A DNA stretch of 64,000 bases from Planctomycetota bacterium. GTDB lineage: Bacteria; Planctomycetota; B15-G4. This document shows positions 38,067 to 46,953 of the stretch, piece after piece. The notes below the pieces were generated by a model, which was not told the origin of the DNA, ran no database searches, and saw only the letters and a list, made by a program, of their open reading frames with translations. Made by a program: the position numbers and the translations under genes. How positions within the stretch are numbered: the first letter of the stretch is position 1; every line of letters starts with the position of its first letter. Location of the stretch: the NCBI GenBank assembly GCA_029259745.1, contig JAJDEO010000002.1, positions 53,787 to 117,786 on the forward strand, given 5' to 3'.

Positions 38067-38882
38067 ATGGCACTCATGGCACGCGCTCAACCACTCCACC
38101 CCGGCGTCCTCCTCCGAGGACTGATGGCCTTCTTCATCGTGGGCGGACTGCTGCTGCTCATGTTCGGGGCAAGTCGCTGGCGTGCAGCCCACCCGCGCTT
38201 CCGGGTCGATCCGGGCGCCATCGCGATCGATGTGCTGCCGAGCTGGGCCGACGAGGGTTTGGCCGTGACGATCGCCCGGCGGCTCGGGGCGGCACTCGGG
38301 CCCCCGGCCTCGCTGACGAGCGCCGACGACCTCGACGCCTGGAAAAGCGCGTTGGCGGCCGATCCGTGGGTCGAGCGCGTCGTGGCGAGCCAGGAGCGCT
38401 TTCCCTACCGAGCGTCGGTCGCGCTCGTCCTCCGACGGCCGGTCATGGACGTCGAAGGGATCCTCTGGTCGGCTGACGGCTGGGCGTTGGGCGCGGGCGT
38501 CACCTCCATCGAACCGGTGCCTCTGGTCTATGACGGCCCGCTCGACGACGACGCGATTCTCGAGTGTGCGGCGGCCTGCGAGGAGATCCGAGCGGCGCGC
38601 TCCGAGCTGCTCGCGTCCGGCCTGCGGCTCGTCTGGGTGGGGGTGAGTGACGGGGGCTACGTCGTCTTCATCAGCTCCGAAGGCACCGAAATCGTCTGGG
38701 GGCGCTCCACCCGCTACCACGAGATGGCTCGACACGATTGGCCCGTCGAGGGGCGTCTGGACCACATCCGGGAGGCTCTGGCCCGCGATCCGGGCCTCAG
38801 GAGCACCGTTCGGATCGACGTCTATCTCGATCGGCTCCGGATCCAGCCGGGTCCGCCGCCCGAGGTACGAGGAGGGCGTTGA
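38067..38882 (+). CDS. FtsQ/DivIB-like protein (single TM plus POTRA-like region)
   Basis: N-terminal TM helix, then PWVERVVASQERFPYRASVALVLRRPVMDVEG, which resembles the FtsQ POTRA consensus. It is not in a dcw cluster. Confidence 0.45.
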   Translation: MALMARAQPLHPGVLLRGLMAFFIVGGLLLLMFGASRWRAAHPRFRVDPGAIAIDVLPSWADEGLAVTIARRLGAALGPPASLTSADDLDAWKSALAADPWVERVVASQERFPYRASVALVLRRPVMDVEGILWSADGWALGAGVTSIEPVPLVYDGPLDDDAILECAAACEEIRAARSELLASGLRLVWVGVSDGGYVVFISSEGTEIVWGRSTRYHEMARHDWPVEGRLDHIREALARDPGLRSTVRIDVYLDRLRIQPGPPPEVRGGR

Positions 38883-39004
38883 TCGCGGAGGCAGCTCTCG
38901 ATATCCTGCGCGATTCCACTCCGGCCACCTGGGCGACAAGCCAGACGGAGTGCCGCGCTCCACAGCGCGGACGACCACCGCAATCCAACGATCTGTTCCC
39001 GACG

Positions 39005-39454
39005 ATGAAGACCTACCTCGCCAAACCCGGTGAAGTGCAGCAGCAATGGCAGCACTTCGACGCGGACGGCGCCGTGCTCGGCCGCATGGCCGCACGCATC
39101 GCCACCGTGCTCCAGGGCAAGCATCGCCCGCAGTACACCCCGCACGTCGACACAGGCGATTTCGTCGTCGTGACCAACGCTGCCAAGGTGCTTCTCACGG
39201 GTGAGAAGAAGGACCAGCGCATGATTCGCTGGCACACCGGCTACATCGGCCACCTGCGCGAGATGTCCGTCGGCGAGATGCTCGACAAGCATCCCGAACG
39301 TGTCGTCGAGTTGGCGGTTCGTCGCATGATGCCGAAGACGAAGCTCGGCCGCGCGATGATGAAGAAGCTGAAGGTCGTCCCGGGCCCCGATCACAAGTTC
39401 GGCGCACAGAAGCCTGTGACCGCCGATACCACGCCGTTCAAGAAGGAAGTCTGA
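39005..39454 (+). CDS. rplM: 50S ribosomal protein L13
   Basis: [53 protein letters not shown]. Start refined inside track ORF 38738..39454. Confidence 0.9.
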   Translation: MKTYLAKPGEVQQQWQHFDADGAVLGRMAARIATVLQGKHRPQYTPHVDTGDFVVVTNAAKVLLTGEKKDQRMIRWHTGYIGHLREMSVGEMLDKHPERVVELAVRRMMPKTKLGRAMMKKLKVVPGPDHKFGAQKPVTADTTPFKKEV

Positions 39455-39456
39455 CG

Positions 39457-39981
39457 ATGAGCGACAGCGACACCCCGACGCCCGCCGAGGCTCCCGAGCC
39501 GGCAGAGGCGCCCGTGATCGCCGCCGAGGGCGAAGAATCCGCAACGGCCGTGGCTGAGCCGCGTCCCGTGCCGGTGATCCCGACGCTGGGTCCGAAGGAG
39601 TACGTGTGGGGCACGGGACGACGCAAGACGTCGGTTGCCCGTGTGCGCATCCGTCCCGGCAAGGGCAACATCGTCTGCAACAACCGTCCGATCGACGTCT
39701 ACTTCCCCGTAGACCGTCATCGCGTCGACATCTGTGCGCCGCTCGAGGCCACGAACGTCGCGAAGGGCTACGACGTCTGGGCGAACATCAACGGTGGCGG
39801 GATCACGGGGCAGGCCGGTGCGGTCCGCCTCGGCATCGCGCGTGCGTTGCTCAAGGCCCAGCCAGAGCTCGAAGAGATCCTCCGCCACGGCGGCTACCTC
39901 ACGCGTGACTCGCGCATGGTCGAGCGCAAGAAGTACGGTCAGCGCAAGGCGCGTCGTCGCTTCCAGTTCTCGAAGCGCTGA
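39457..39981 (+). CDS. rpsI: 30S ribosomal protein S9 with an acidic/Ala-Pro-rich N-terminal extension
   Basis: [19 protein letters not shown]...[19 protein letters not shown]...[18 protein letters not shown]. Confidence 0.9.
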   Translation: MSDSDTPTPAEAPEPAEAPVIAAEGEESATAVAEPRPVPVIPTLGPKEYVWGTGRRKTSVARVRIRPGKGNIVCNNRPIDVYFPVDRHRVDICAPLEATNVAKGYDVWANINGGGITGQAGAVRLGIARALLKAQPELEEILRHGGYLTRDSRMVERKKYGQRKARRRFQFSKR

Positions 39982-40118
39982 CGCGAGACATGCGCGAGGT
40001 CATTCCGCGCATGGTTCGCTGATCATGCAGCTCAGCATGTCCAGTACTCGACGCGTCGTGTGCCTTCTTGGCCGCGGCGCGTCGTGTCGTTTCCTGCGCA
40101 TGACCGGAGAACGGTGAC

Positions 40119-40874
40119 GTGGCTGGGCACAGCAAGTTCAAGAACATCATGCACCGCAAGAAGGGCGTGGACGCCAAGCGCTCCAAGGCCTTCAGCAAGC
40201 ACGCCAAGTTGATCATGACAGCGGCGCGCACGGGCGGCCCCGACCCGGCCATGAACCTCACGCTGCGCTACGCCATCGAGCGCGCACGTGCCGACAACAT
40301 GCCGAAGGATCCGATCGAGCGCGCGATCGTGAAGGGCTCGGGCGGCGGGGAGGGCGTCGATCTCGAGTCGCTGACCTACGAGGGCTACGGCCCCGGGGGC
40401 GTCGCGATTCTCGTCGACGCGCTCACCGACAACCGCGCTCGGACGATCACGGATGTCCGCATGGCCTTCGACCGCAACAACGGCAACATCGGCGAGAGTG
40501 GGTCGGTCGCCTGGAACTTCGAAACCAAGGCGCTCTTCTTCGTGCCCAGCGAGGCGTCCGCTGAGGAGGCTGTCCTCATGGCCGCGATGGAGGCCGAGGC
40601 CGACGACTGCACGCCGACCGACGGCGGCTTCGAGATCACGGCCGACCCGACGAAGTTCGGCTCGGTCGCCGAGGCGCTCGAAGGCGCGGGCTACAAGCCC
40701 GCGAAGAGCGAGATCGCGTCACTCCCGAAAACCACGGTCACGCTCGACGACGCGGAGCAGGTTCAACAGCTCGTTCGCCTGCTCGACGCCCTCGAAGACC
40801 TCGACGACGTCCAGAACACGGCGGCGAACATCGAGTGGACCGATGCGGCGCTCGCGGCGGCTGAGCACGCCTGA
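40119..40874 (+). CDS. yebC: YebC/PmpR family DNA-binding transcriptional regulator
   Basis: MAGHSKFKNIMHRK...DAKRSKAFSK..YEGYGPGGVAILVDALTDNRART; 251 aa. Confidence 0.85.
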   Translation: MAGHSKFKNIMHRKKGVDAKRSKAFSKHAKLIMTAARTGGPDPAMNLTLRYAIERARADNMPKDPIERAIVKGSGGGEGVDLESLTYEGYGPGGVAILVDALTDNRARTITDVRMAFDRNNGNIGESGSVAWNFETKALFFVPSEASAEEAVLMAAMEAEADDCTPTDGGFEITADPTKFGSVAEALEGAGYKPAKSEIASLPKTTVTLDDAEQVQQLVRLLDALEDLDDVQNTAANIEWTDAALAAAEHA

Positions 40875-40881
40875 GCGAACC

Positions 40882-41945
40882 TCACACGTCGTTGTTGGTC
40901 GTCTTGAAGACGTTGTCGGAGTAGGCGTTCGACGGCGGGCCGATTTCGTCGATGAGGTCGAGGTCGAAGCTCTTCTTGGCCTGGTTCCTGATGAAGGTGT
41001 TGTTGCCCGCGGTGACGTCGAAGCCGTCGTCGCCGGAGCGCGTGACCTTGTTCGACTCGACCGAGAGCTGGGTCCCCACGAGATCGAAGCCATCGGCGTC
41101 GGCAAAGCGAGAGGCGTTCTTCTCGAGGTGGACGAGCGAGGCGTTGCGCGTCTCGAAGCCGTCGTCTTCGACGGACGTCACGCGATTTCGGATCAGCGTG
41201 ACCTCGCTGCCCTGAACGGAGATGCCGTCCGAGCCGCAGCGTGAGACGCTGTTGCGCTCGAGCCTGGCGTCGACCGTGAAGATCGCGTCGAGGTCTTCGG
41301 AGAGCGAGATGCCCGTCCCGCCGACGTCGTCGACCTTGTTCTTGATCATCAGGAGTCCGCTCGAGTCGTCGAGTCGGATGCCGTCGCCGTCGCGTCTTCG
41401 ACGCGGCAGCGCTCGATCGTCATGTCGTCGCAGGCCGTCGCGTGGGTGCCGTGTCCCGTCCCGCCTTCGATGCGCACGCGGTGCAGCGTCACGCCCGACG
41501 AGTTCGTGATGCGCAGGACGGCGTCGGCGCCGTCCGGAGCCATGATCAACGCCCCGCCCTTCGCGCGGATCGTGATGTCGTCGAGGTTGTCGACGACGAT
41601 GGTCTCGGTCCACTCGCCCTTGCTGATGAGGATCGTGTCGCCCTCCTCGGCGATGTCGATCGCTCCCTGGATCGTCTCGACGTCCTGCGGGACGCGGACG
41701 TCGATCATCCCGGAGGCCGCTCCGGACAGCGCGAGGGTCGAGGCGAGGAGCACGCTGGACGGCGGGATCTTGGTGATGGACGTACGATGGAACTCCGAAG
41801 GCGCGATCGACGGGCGTGGGGCAGAATGGCCCGAGAAGCGGACGTTCCGCTTCCCCCTGACGGCGCGTCTATCGAGCCCGGGTGCGCCGTGGCATGGGCG
41901 TTGTTCGGCGTCCGCGGAGTCTGCGCGGCTTCTGTTTCGTCTCAA
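40882..41945 (-). pseudogene. Right-handed parallel beta-helix repeat protein, apparently split by a frameshift near 41350
   Basis: ORF 41349..41945 encodes a signal peptide plus beta-helix N-terminus (IDVRVPQDVETIQGAIDIAEEGDTILISKG). ORF 40882..41613 continues the beta-helix repeats (NSVSRCGSDGISVQG.., NRVTSVEDDGFE..) in another frame. They abut at about 41350 with a 1-2 nt frame offset. Confidence 0.5.
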
Positions 41946-42025
41946 GCCGAGAAGCGTGGACGTCGATCAAGGACATGCAGCGCGCGGACAACGGAGCCTC
42001 GCGCGAACCATCTCGGAGCCGTTCG

Positions 42026-42535
42026 ATGGACCAGGCCCAACTCGTAAACTTCGTCACCGATCCTCAGACGGGACTGTTCACGAACGCGTATTTCCAGCTG
42101 CGCGTCGACGAGGAGTACAAGCGCTCGATGCGCTACGGGTGGACGTACTCACTCGTCCTCATGGACGTGCACGGGCTCGACGAGGTGCACGCGGCGGGCA
42201 GCGCCCCGGCCGTCGCGGGGGTTTGGCTCAACATCGCCAACGGCATCCTGATCAACTCGCGCGACGTCGACCTGCCGGCGCGCATCGCCGAGAACCGCCT
42301 CGCGCTGCTGCTGCCCGGCACGGAGCTCGAGGGCGCCGAGATCATGGTCCAGCGGGTGATGGGCGACATCCTCGAGTCGGCGCCAGCATCGATCAGTCTC
42401 GATGTCGGCATGACCGAGATCCCGCGCGCCGATGTGCAGTCGTGCGACGAGTTCCTCGCGCGCGCCGAGAAGGCGCTCGAAGTCGCGGCCACGCAGGGGC
42501 AGAACCAACTCGTCAGCTGGACCGCGCCCGTCTGA
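42026..42535 (+). CDS. Stand-alone degenerate GGDEF domain protein (probably catalytically inactive)
   Basis: GGDEF fold pattern TDPQTGLFTNAYF..YSLVLMDVHGLDEV..., but the signature position reads ARIAENRLALLLPGT instead of GGDEF. Start set at MDQAQLV; the track ORF begins at 41882. Confidence 0.55.
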   Translation: MDQAQLVNFVTDPQTGLFTNAYFQLRVDEEYKRSMRYGWTYSLVLMDVHGLDEVHAAGSAPAVAGVWLNIANGILINSRDVDLPARIAENRLALLLPGTELEGAEIMVQRVMGDILESAPASISLDVGMTEIPRADVQSCDEFLARAEKALEVAATQGQNQLVSWTAPV

Positions 42536-42624
42536 GCGCGTCGGCGTCGCGCCACAGCGAGCGCGACGCGGAGAAGCTCAAGCTGCTGCCGAGAACCCGT
42601 TGTCATGCTAGTCTGCAGAGCGTC

Positions 42625-43041
42625 ATGACAGCTCGCTTCCGACCCGCCGTCGCCCTGCTGCTCGCGCTGCTTCAGCTCGTGCCGATCGCCCACGTGCTTT
42701 CGGAGTCGTGTGATGCGGTTGCGCGTTCGTGCTGTGCGGGGGCGCATGACGGCGGCTCGGCCGACGCAACCGCCGCTTGCTGCGAGAGCGAGCAGCATCC
42801 GGCCGTCGGGCTCGAGAAGAGCCGCTGCGGGTGCCGTGTCGCCCCGACGCCGAGCGTGCCAGGCGCGCCGAGCGAGGCGCTGGCGGAGGTTCGCGCGTGG
42901 GGCGCGGACGCCGAACTCGATGAGATCGTGGCGTCGCTGAACCCGGCACTGCCCACGGTGCACGTCGCGACTGTCATCCCCGCGCTCGCGGAGCCTGGTC
43001 GACCACCGGCAAGCGTCGCGTTCTGCGTCCTGCTGCTCTGA
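42625..43041 (+). CDS. Small Cys-rich secreted protein (possible metal-binding periplasmic protein)
   Basis: Signal peptide MTARFRPAVALLLALLQLVPIAHVLS followed by CDAVARSCCAGAHD..AACCESEQHP..RCGCR. It sits directly upstream of the RND metal-efflux operon, within track ORF 41422..43041. Confidence 0.45.
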   Translation: MTARFRPAVALLLALLQLVPIAHVLSESCDAVARSCCAGAHDGGSADATAACCESEQHPAVGLEKSRCGCRVAPTPSVPGAPSEALAEVRAWGADAELDEIVASLNPALPTVHVATVIPALAEPGRPPASVAFCVLLL

Positions 43042-43165
43042 TCCGTCGGGATCGGGCATCGCACGGCGTCGCCCTCGGGTGACGTGACGTCGATGCCGTG
43101 CGTGCGCGCGTCCTTCGACGCCGCCTGAGACATGTCGCGCCCGTGGGCGCGGTGTGTGATCTCGC

Positions 43166-44557
43166 GTGATCGCGAGTCCTCCGACGATCGGTCCGACCAT
43201 GGCCACACTCTCTCTTCTCGCCGCCGCCTCGTGCGCGGCGATGCTCGCCGTCAGTTGCGCGACGCCCGCAGATCCGCCGCCGCGCGCGCAGTCGTTCGAG
43301 GCGCGTGCGCTGCCGGCCGCGCCTGTTGCGCGCTCGACGCGCGCCTCGTCACAGGCCGCCATCACGTTCCCTGGCGGCGACCTCACCGACATGCTGCGCT
43401 TCGCGCTCGAACACAATCCCGAGATGCGCGCGGCCCACGCGCATTGGAGCGCGCTCGCCGAGCGCATCGAGCAGGCCGAGACGCTGCCCGATCCCACCGT
43501 GACGTTCGGCGAGTTCCTCGAAGAACTCGAGACGCGCGCGGGGCCGCAGCGCCGGCGGCTCGGGTTGTCGCAATCATTCCCCTGGCCGGGCACGTTGGCT
43601 GCGCGTGCGCGTGTCGCCGAGCGACGGGCCCACGCGGCCTGGTACGCCCTCGACGCCAAGCGGCTCGCCATCGTCGAAGACGTCACGCGCGCGTATCACG
43701 AGTACGCCTTCGGTGGGCGCGAGCTCGAGATCCGGCGCGAGTTGCTCGAGCTGCTCAGCGGGCTCGAACCGCTCGTGCAGGGGCGCGTGCGGACCGGCGG
43801 TCCCCAGGCGCAGCTGTTGCGGTTGCAGGTCGAGATCGGCGCGCTCGAGGATGTGGTCGCCAGCGTCGACGCGCGGTTGCCGGTGCTCGCCGCGCGCCTG
43901 GCGGATGCGCTCGGTGTTCCGAGCTCCGCGGGGCTGCTCGACCCGCCGAAGCTCGCTGTCCCGAGTGACATCGTCGTCGACCTGGAGGCACTTCGCGCCC
44001 GACTGCACGATCGCAACCCGGCGCTGCACGCCCTCGACGCGGAGTGGAGCGCTGCGCGCGCCGCCGAGGAGCTCGCAGACCTGCGCGGCTCACCCAACTT
44101 CACCGTCGGCGTCGACTATCTCGACACCGGCGCGGCGATCAACCCCGGGACGCCGGACAGCGGTGACGACCCGCTGCTCCTCAGGGTCGGCATGACGATT
44201 CCGATCTGGCGTTCGAGCGTTGCGGCGGGGCGGCGTGAGGCGCGGCTGTCGAGCGCGGCGGCCCACGAACGCGTCGCGGACGCCGAGTCGCGCCTCGCCA
44301 CCGAACTCGCCGCTGCGGCCTTCGCTGTCGAGGATGCGCTGCGACGCGTGGAGCTCTATCGCGGCGCGCTCGTTCCGCGGGCCCGCTCGTCGCTGTCACT
44401 CACGGCGGCGTCGTATCGCGCGGGCACGTCCACTGTCGTCGATCTGCTGGACGCCGAGCGCGTCGTTCTCGAGTTCGAACTCTCGTCGTGGCGCGCCTGC
44501 CGCGATGCCTTCGTCGGCGCGGCGCGCCTGACGACTCTCACCGGAGGTGAGCCATGA
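43166..44557 (+). CDS. Outer-membrane efflux protein (TolC/CzcC/CusC family)
   Basis: OEP-family repeats and an N-terminal signal. First gene of the OMF-MFP-RND operon. Confidence 0.7.
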   Translation: MIASPPTIGPTMATLSLLAAASCAAMLAVSCATPADPPPRAQSFEARALPAAPVARSTRASSQAAITFPGGDLTDMLRFALEHNPEMRAAHAHWSALAERIEQAETLPDPTVTFGEFLEELETRAGPQRRRLGLSQSFPWPGTLAARARVAERRAHAAWYALDAKRLAIVEDVTRAYHEYAFGGRELEIRRELLELLSGLEPLVQGRVRTGGPQAQLLRLQVEIGALEDVVASVDARLPVLAARLADALGVPSSAGLLDPPKLAVPSDIVVDLEALRARLHDRNPALHALDAEWSAARAAEELADLRGSPNFTVGVDYLDTGAAINPGTPDSGDDPLLLRVGMTIPIWRSSVAAGRREARLSSAAAHERVADAESRLATELAAAAFAVEDALRRVELYRGALVPRARSSLSLTAASYRAGTSTVVDLLDAERVVLEFELSSWRACRDAFVGAARLTTLTGGEP

Positions 44558-46953
44558 CCGCCCGCCTGCTACTCGCCGTCTTTGCGACGGCGCTCATCGC
44601 CTTTGCCATCGGTCGCATCTCGGCACCTGATCCCGCGCGAGGAGCGCCGGCGAGCGTCGATGAACACGCGGGTCACGACCACGCGGCCATCGAAGCTGGC
44701 GCAGATTCCGTGGCGACGCTCTGGACCTGTCCGATGCACCCGCAGATCCAACTTCCCGAGTTCGGCGACTGTCCGATCTGCGGCATGGACCTCGTGCCGC
44801 GCGCGGCCGGCGGCGACGATGACCCGCGGCGCCTTGCCATGTCACCGGCCGCCATCGCCTTGGCAGGAATCATCAGCGAGCCGGCGCGTCGCCGCAACGT
44901 CACGCGTCCGGTGCGCATGGTCGGCAAGATCGACTACGACGAAACCGCCGTGCGCACGATCTCGGCCTGGGTCGCCGGTCGCCTCGAGCGGCTGTTCGTC
45001 GACGCGCAGGGCGTCCCCGTGGCACGCGGTGACCACCTCGTTTCGATCTACAGCCCCGACTTGCTGCTCGCGCAGGATGAACTCCTCGTGGCAAAGCGCG
45101 AACTGGCCGGCATCACGTCGGCGACGTCGGAGTTCCTCGCCGAGTCGACGCGCGGAGGGTACCGCGCGGCCCGCGACAAGCTCCTGCTCTTCGGCCTCAG
45201 TGCGGGGCAGGTCGACGAACTCGAGCGTCGCAGCGTGGCCGACGATCACGTGCTCATCAACTCGCCCTCGTCCGGCGTCGTCATCGACAAGCTTGTCGAC
45301 GAAGGTGCCTACGTGCGGGTGGGCGAGCCGATCTATCGCATCGCCGACCTCTCGCGCCTCTGGGTGTTGCTCGACGCCTATGAGCAAGACCTCCCGTGGG
45401 TGCGCTACGGTCAACCGGTGCGGCTCGAGGTCGAGGCCATGCCGGGGCGCATCGTCGAAGGCACGGTGTCCTTCGTCGACCCCTTCATCGACGAGCACAC
45501 GCGCACGGCGAAGGTGCGCGTGCAGGTCGACAACTCCACCGGGTTGCTCAAGCCGGGGATGTTCGTGCACGGCGTCGTCCTCGCGCGGTTGGGTCCTGGC
45601 GGCGCGCTGATCGTCGACGACGTGGCGGGCAAGTGGGTCTCGCCGATGCACCCCGAGATCGTCAAGGACGGGCCGGGTGTATGTGATGTGTGCGGCATGG
45701 ACCTCGTGCCGGCCGAGGAACTCGGCCTCGTGTCCGAGCCGTCCGACGGCGAGCGCCCGCTCGTCGTGCCGCGCAGCGCGGTGCTCGTCACCGGAGTGCG
45801 CGCGATCGTCTATGTCGACGTGCCAGGCGCGGAGCGTCCGACGTACGAGGGACGCGAAGTCGTGCTCGGCCCGACGGCCGGTGACGACGTCATCATCATG
45901 GACGGACTCGAGGAGGGCGAGCGTGTCGTCGTCAACGGCGCCTTCCGCGTCGACAGTGCGATGCAGATCGTGGCCAAGCCGAGCATGATGTCGATGCCGG
46001 GCGAACGACGCGCGCCGAGTGGACCGCACGTCGCGGTGTTCGTCGAGTCGCTGGGAGCCGTGTACGACGCCGCGTTGGCGTTGCAGGTGGCGCTGGCGGG
46101 GGACGACGAGCTGGCCGCGCGTGCTGTCTTCGTCGAACTCGAGACGGTGCTCGATGCGCCGATCGCTTCGGGGCTCGCGGCCAGCGAGCGTATGATCTGG
46201 AGCGAAGAGCGCGCGCGTCTGGTGGGCGCAGTGCGCGAGGCCCGGCGCGCCGCAGACATCGGCGAGCTACGGGTCGCGTTCGAGCACGTCTCGTTGTCGG
46301 TGCTGACGCTGGCGCTCGAGTTCGGCCACGATCGCCCCGGCGTGCTCATCGAGGCGCACTGTCCGATGGCCTTCGATGATCGCGGCGCGAGCTGGCTCCA
46401 AGCCGGCAGCGAGATTCTCAACCCGTACTTCGGCGCCGCGATGTTGCGCTGCGGCGACGTGCGCACGCAGCTCGGTGATGTGTCACATGCGACTCCGACG
46501 GTCGAGGAACACGAGCACGCGGAGCCTGGCGCGCATGCGCCACACGGCCCGGCTTCCGAGCTCTTCGAGGCATATCTGGTCTTGCAGGAAGCGCTCGCTG
46601 CCGACGCTGCCGCGGTTGCCGAGCAAGCGGCAGAGGCGTTGCACGCGGCGGCCGAGGCCGCCGGTGCCGACGACGTCGCGTCCGTCCTCGCGCGGCGCGC
46701 TGAACGGTCCTCTGACATCCAAGGGCTGCGCGTGCTGTTCGCGCCGATCTCGGAAGCCATGATCGCGCGGGTCGGTCGCGCGGGGCAACCGCTGGGCGAG
46801 ACGTTGCACGTCGTTCACTGTCCGATGGCCTTTGACGATCAGGGCGCGAACTGGATCCAACGGGAGCGCACGGTCGCCAACCCGTACTTCGGCGCCTCGA
46901 TGTTGCGCTGCGGGCGGGTCACCGAAGATCTCGAGCCGGCGGGTGACCGATGA
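44554..46953 (+). CDS. RND efflux periplasmic adaptor (CusB/CzcB-like) with heavy-metal-binding and DUF3347-like repeats
   Basis: Two CPMHP..CP(I/V)CGMDLVP metal-binding modules, an HlyD-like core, and C-terminal tandem repeats HCPMAFDD(R/Q)GA(S/N)W(L/I)Q...NPYFGA(A/S)MLRCG. ATGA overlap with the upstream gene. Confidence 0.75.
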   Translation: MTARLLLAVFATALIAFAIGRISAPDPARGAPASVDEHAGHDHAAIEAGADSVATLWTCPMHPQIQLPEFGDCPICGMDLVPRAAGGDDDPRRLAMSPAAIALAGIISEPARRRNVTRPVRMVGKIDYDETAVRTISAWVAGRLERLFVDAQGVPVARGDHLVSIYSPDLLLAQDELLVAKRELAGITSATSEFLAESTRGGYRAARDKLLLFGLSAGQVDELERRSVADDHVLINSPSSGVVIDKLVDEGAYVRVGEPIYRIADLSRLWVLLDAYEQDLPWVRYGQPVRLEVEAMPGRIVEGTVSFVDPFIDEHTRTAKVRVQVDNSTGLLKPGMFVHGVVLARLGPGGALIVDDVAGKWVSPMHPEIVKDGPGVCDVCGMDLVPAEELGLVSEPSDGERPLVVPRSAVLVTGVRAIVYVDVPGAERPTYEGREVVLGPTAGDDVIIMDGLEEGERVVVNGAFRVDSAMQIVAKPSMMSMPGERRAPSGPHVAVFVESLGAVYDAALALQVALAGDDELAARAVFVELETVLDAPIASGLAASERMIWSEERARLVGAVREARRAADIGELRVAFEHVSLSVLTLALEFGHDRPGVLIEAHCPMAFDDRGASWLQAGSEILNPYFGAAMLRCGDVRTQLGDVSHATPTVEEHEHAEPGAHAPHGPASELFEAYLVLQEALAADAAAVAEQAAEALHAAAEAAGADDVASVLARRAERSSDIQGLRVLFAPISEAMIARVGRAGQPLGETLHVVHCPMAFDDQGANWIQRERTVANPYFGASMLRCGRVTEDLEPAGDR

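Noticed and set aside
37652-38077. 141-aa Arg/Pro-rich minus-strand ORF upstream of the Ski2-like helicase
   Set aside because: As a stand-alone protein it looks spurious. Its ATG is discussed only as a possible true start if a frameshift is present.
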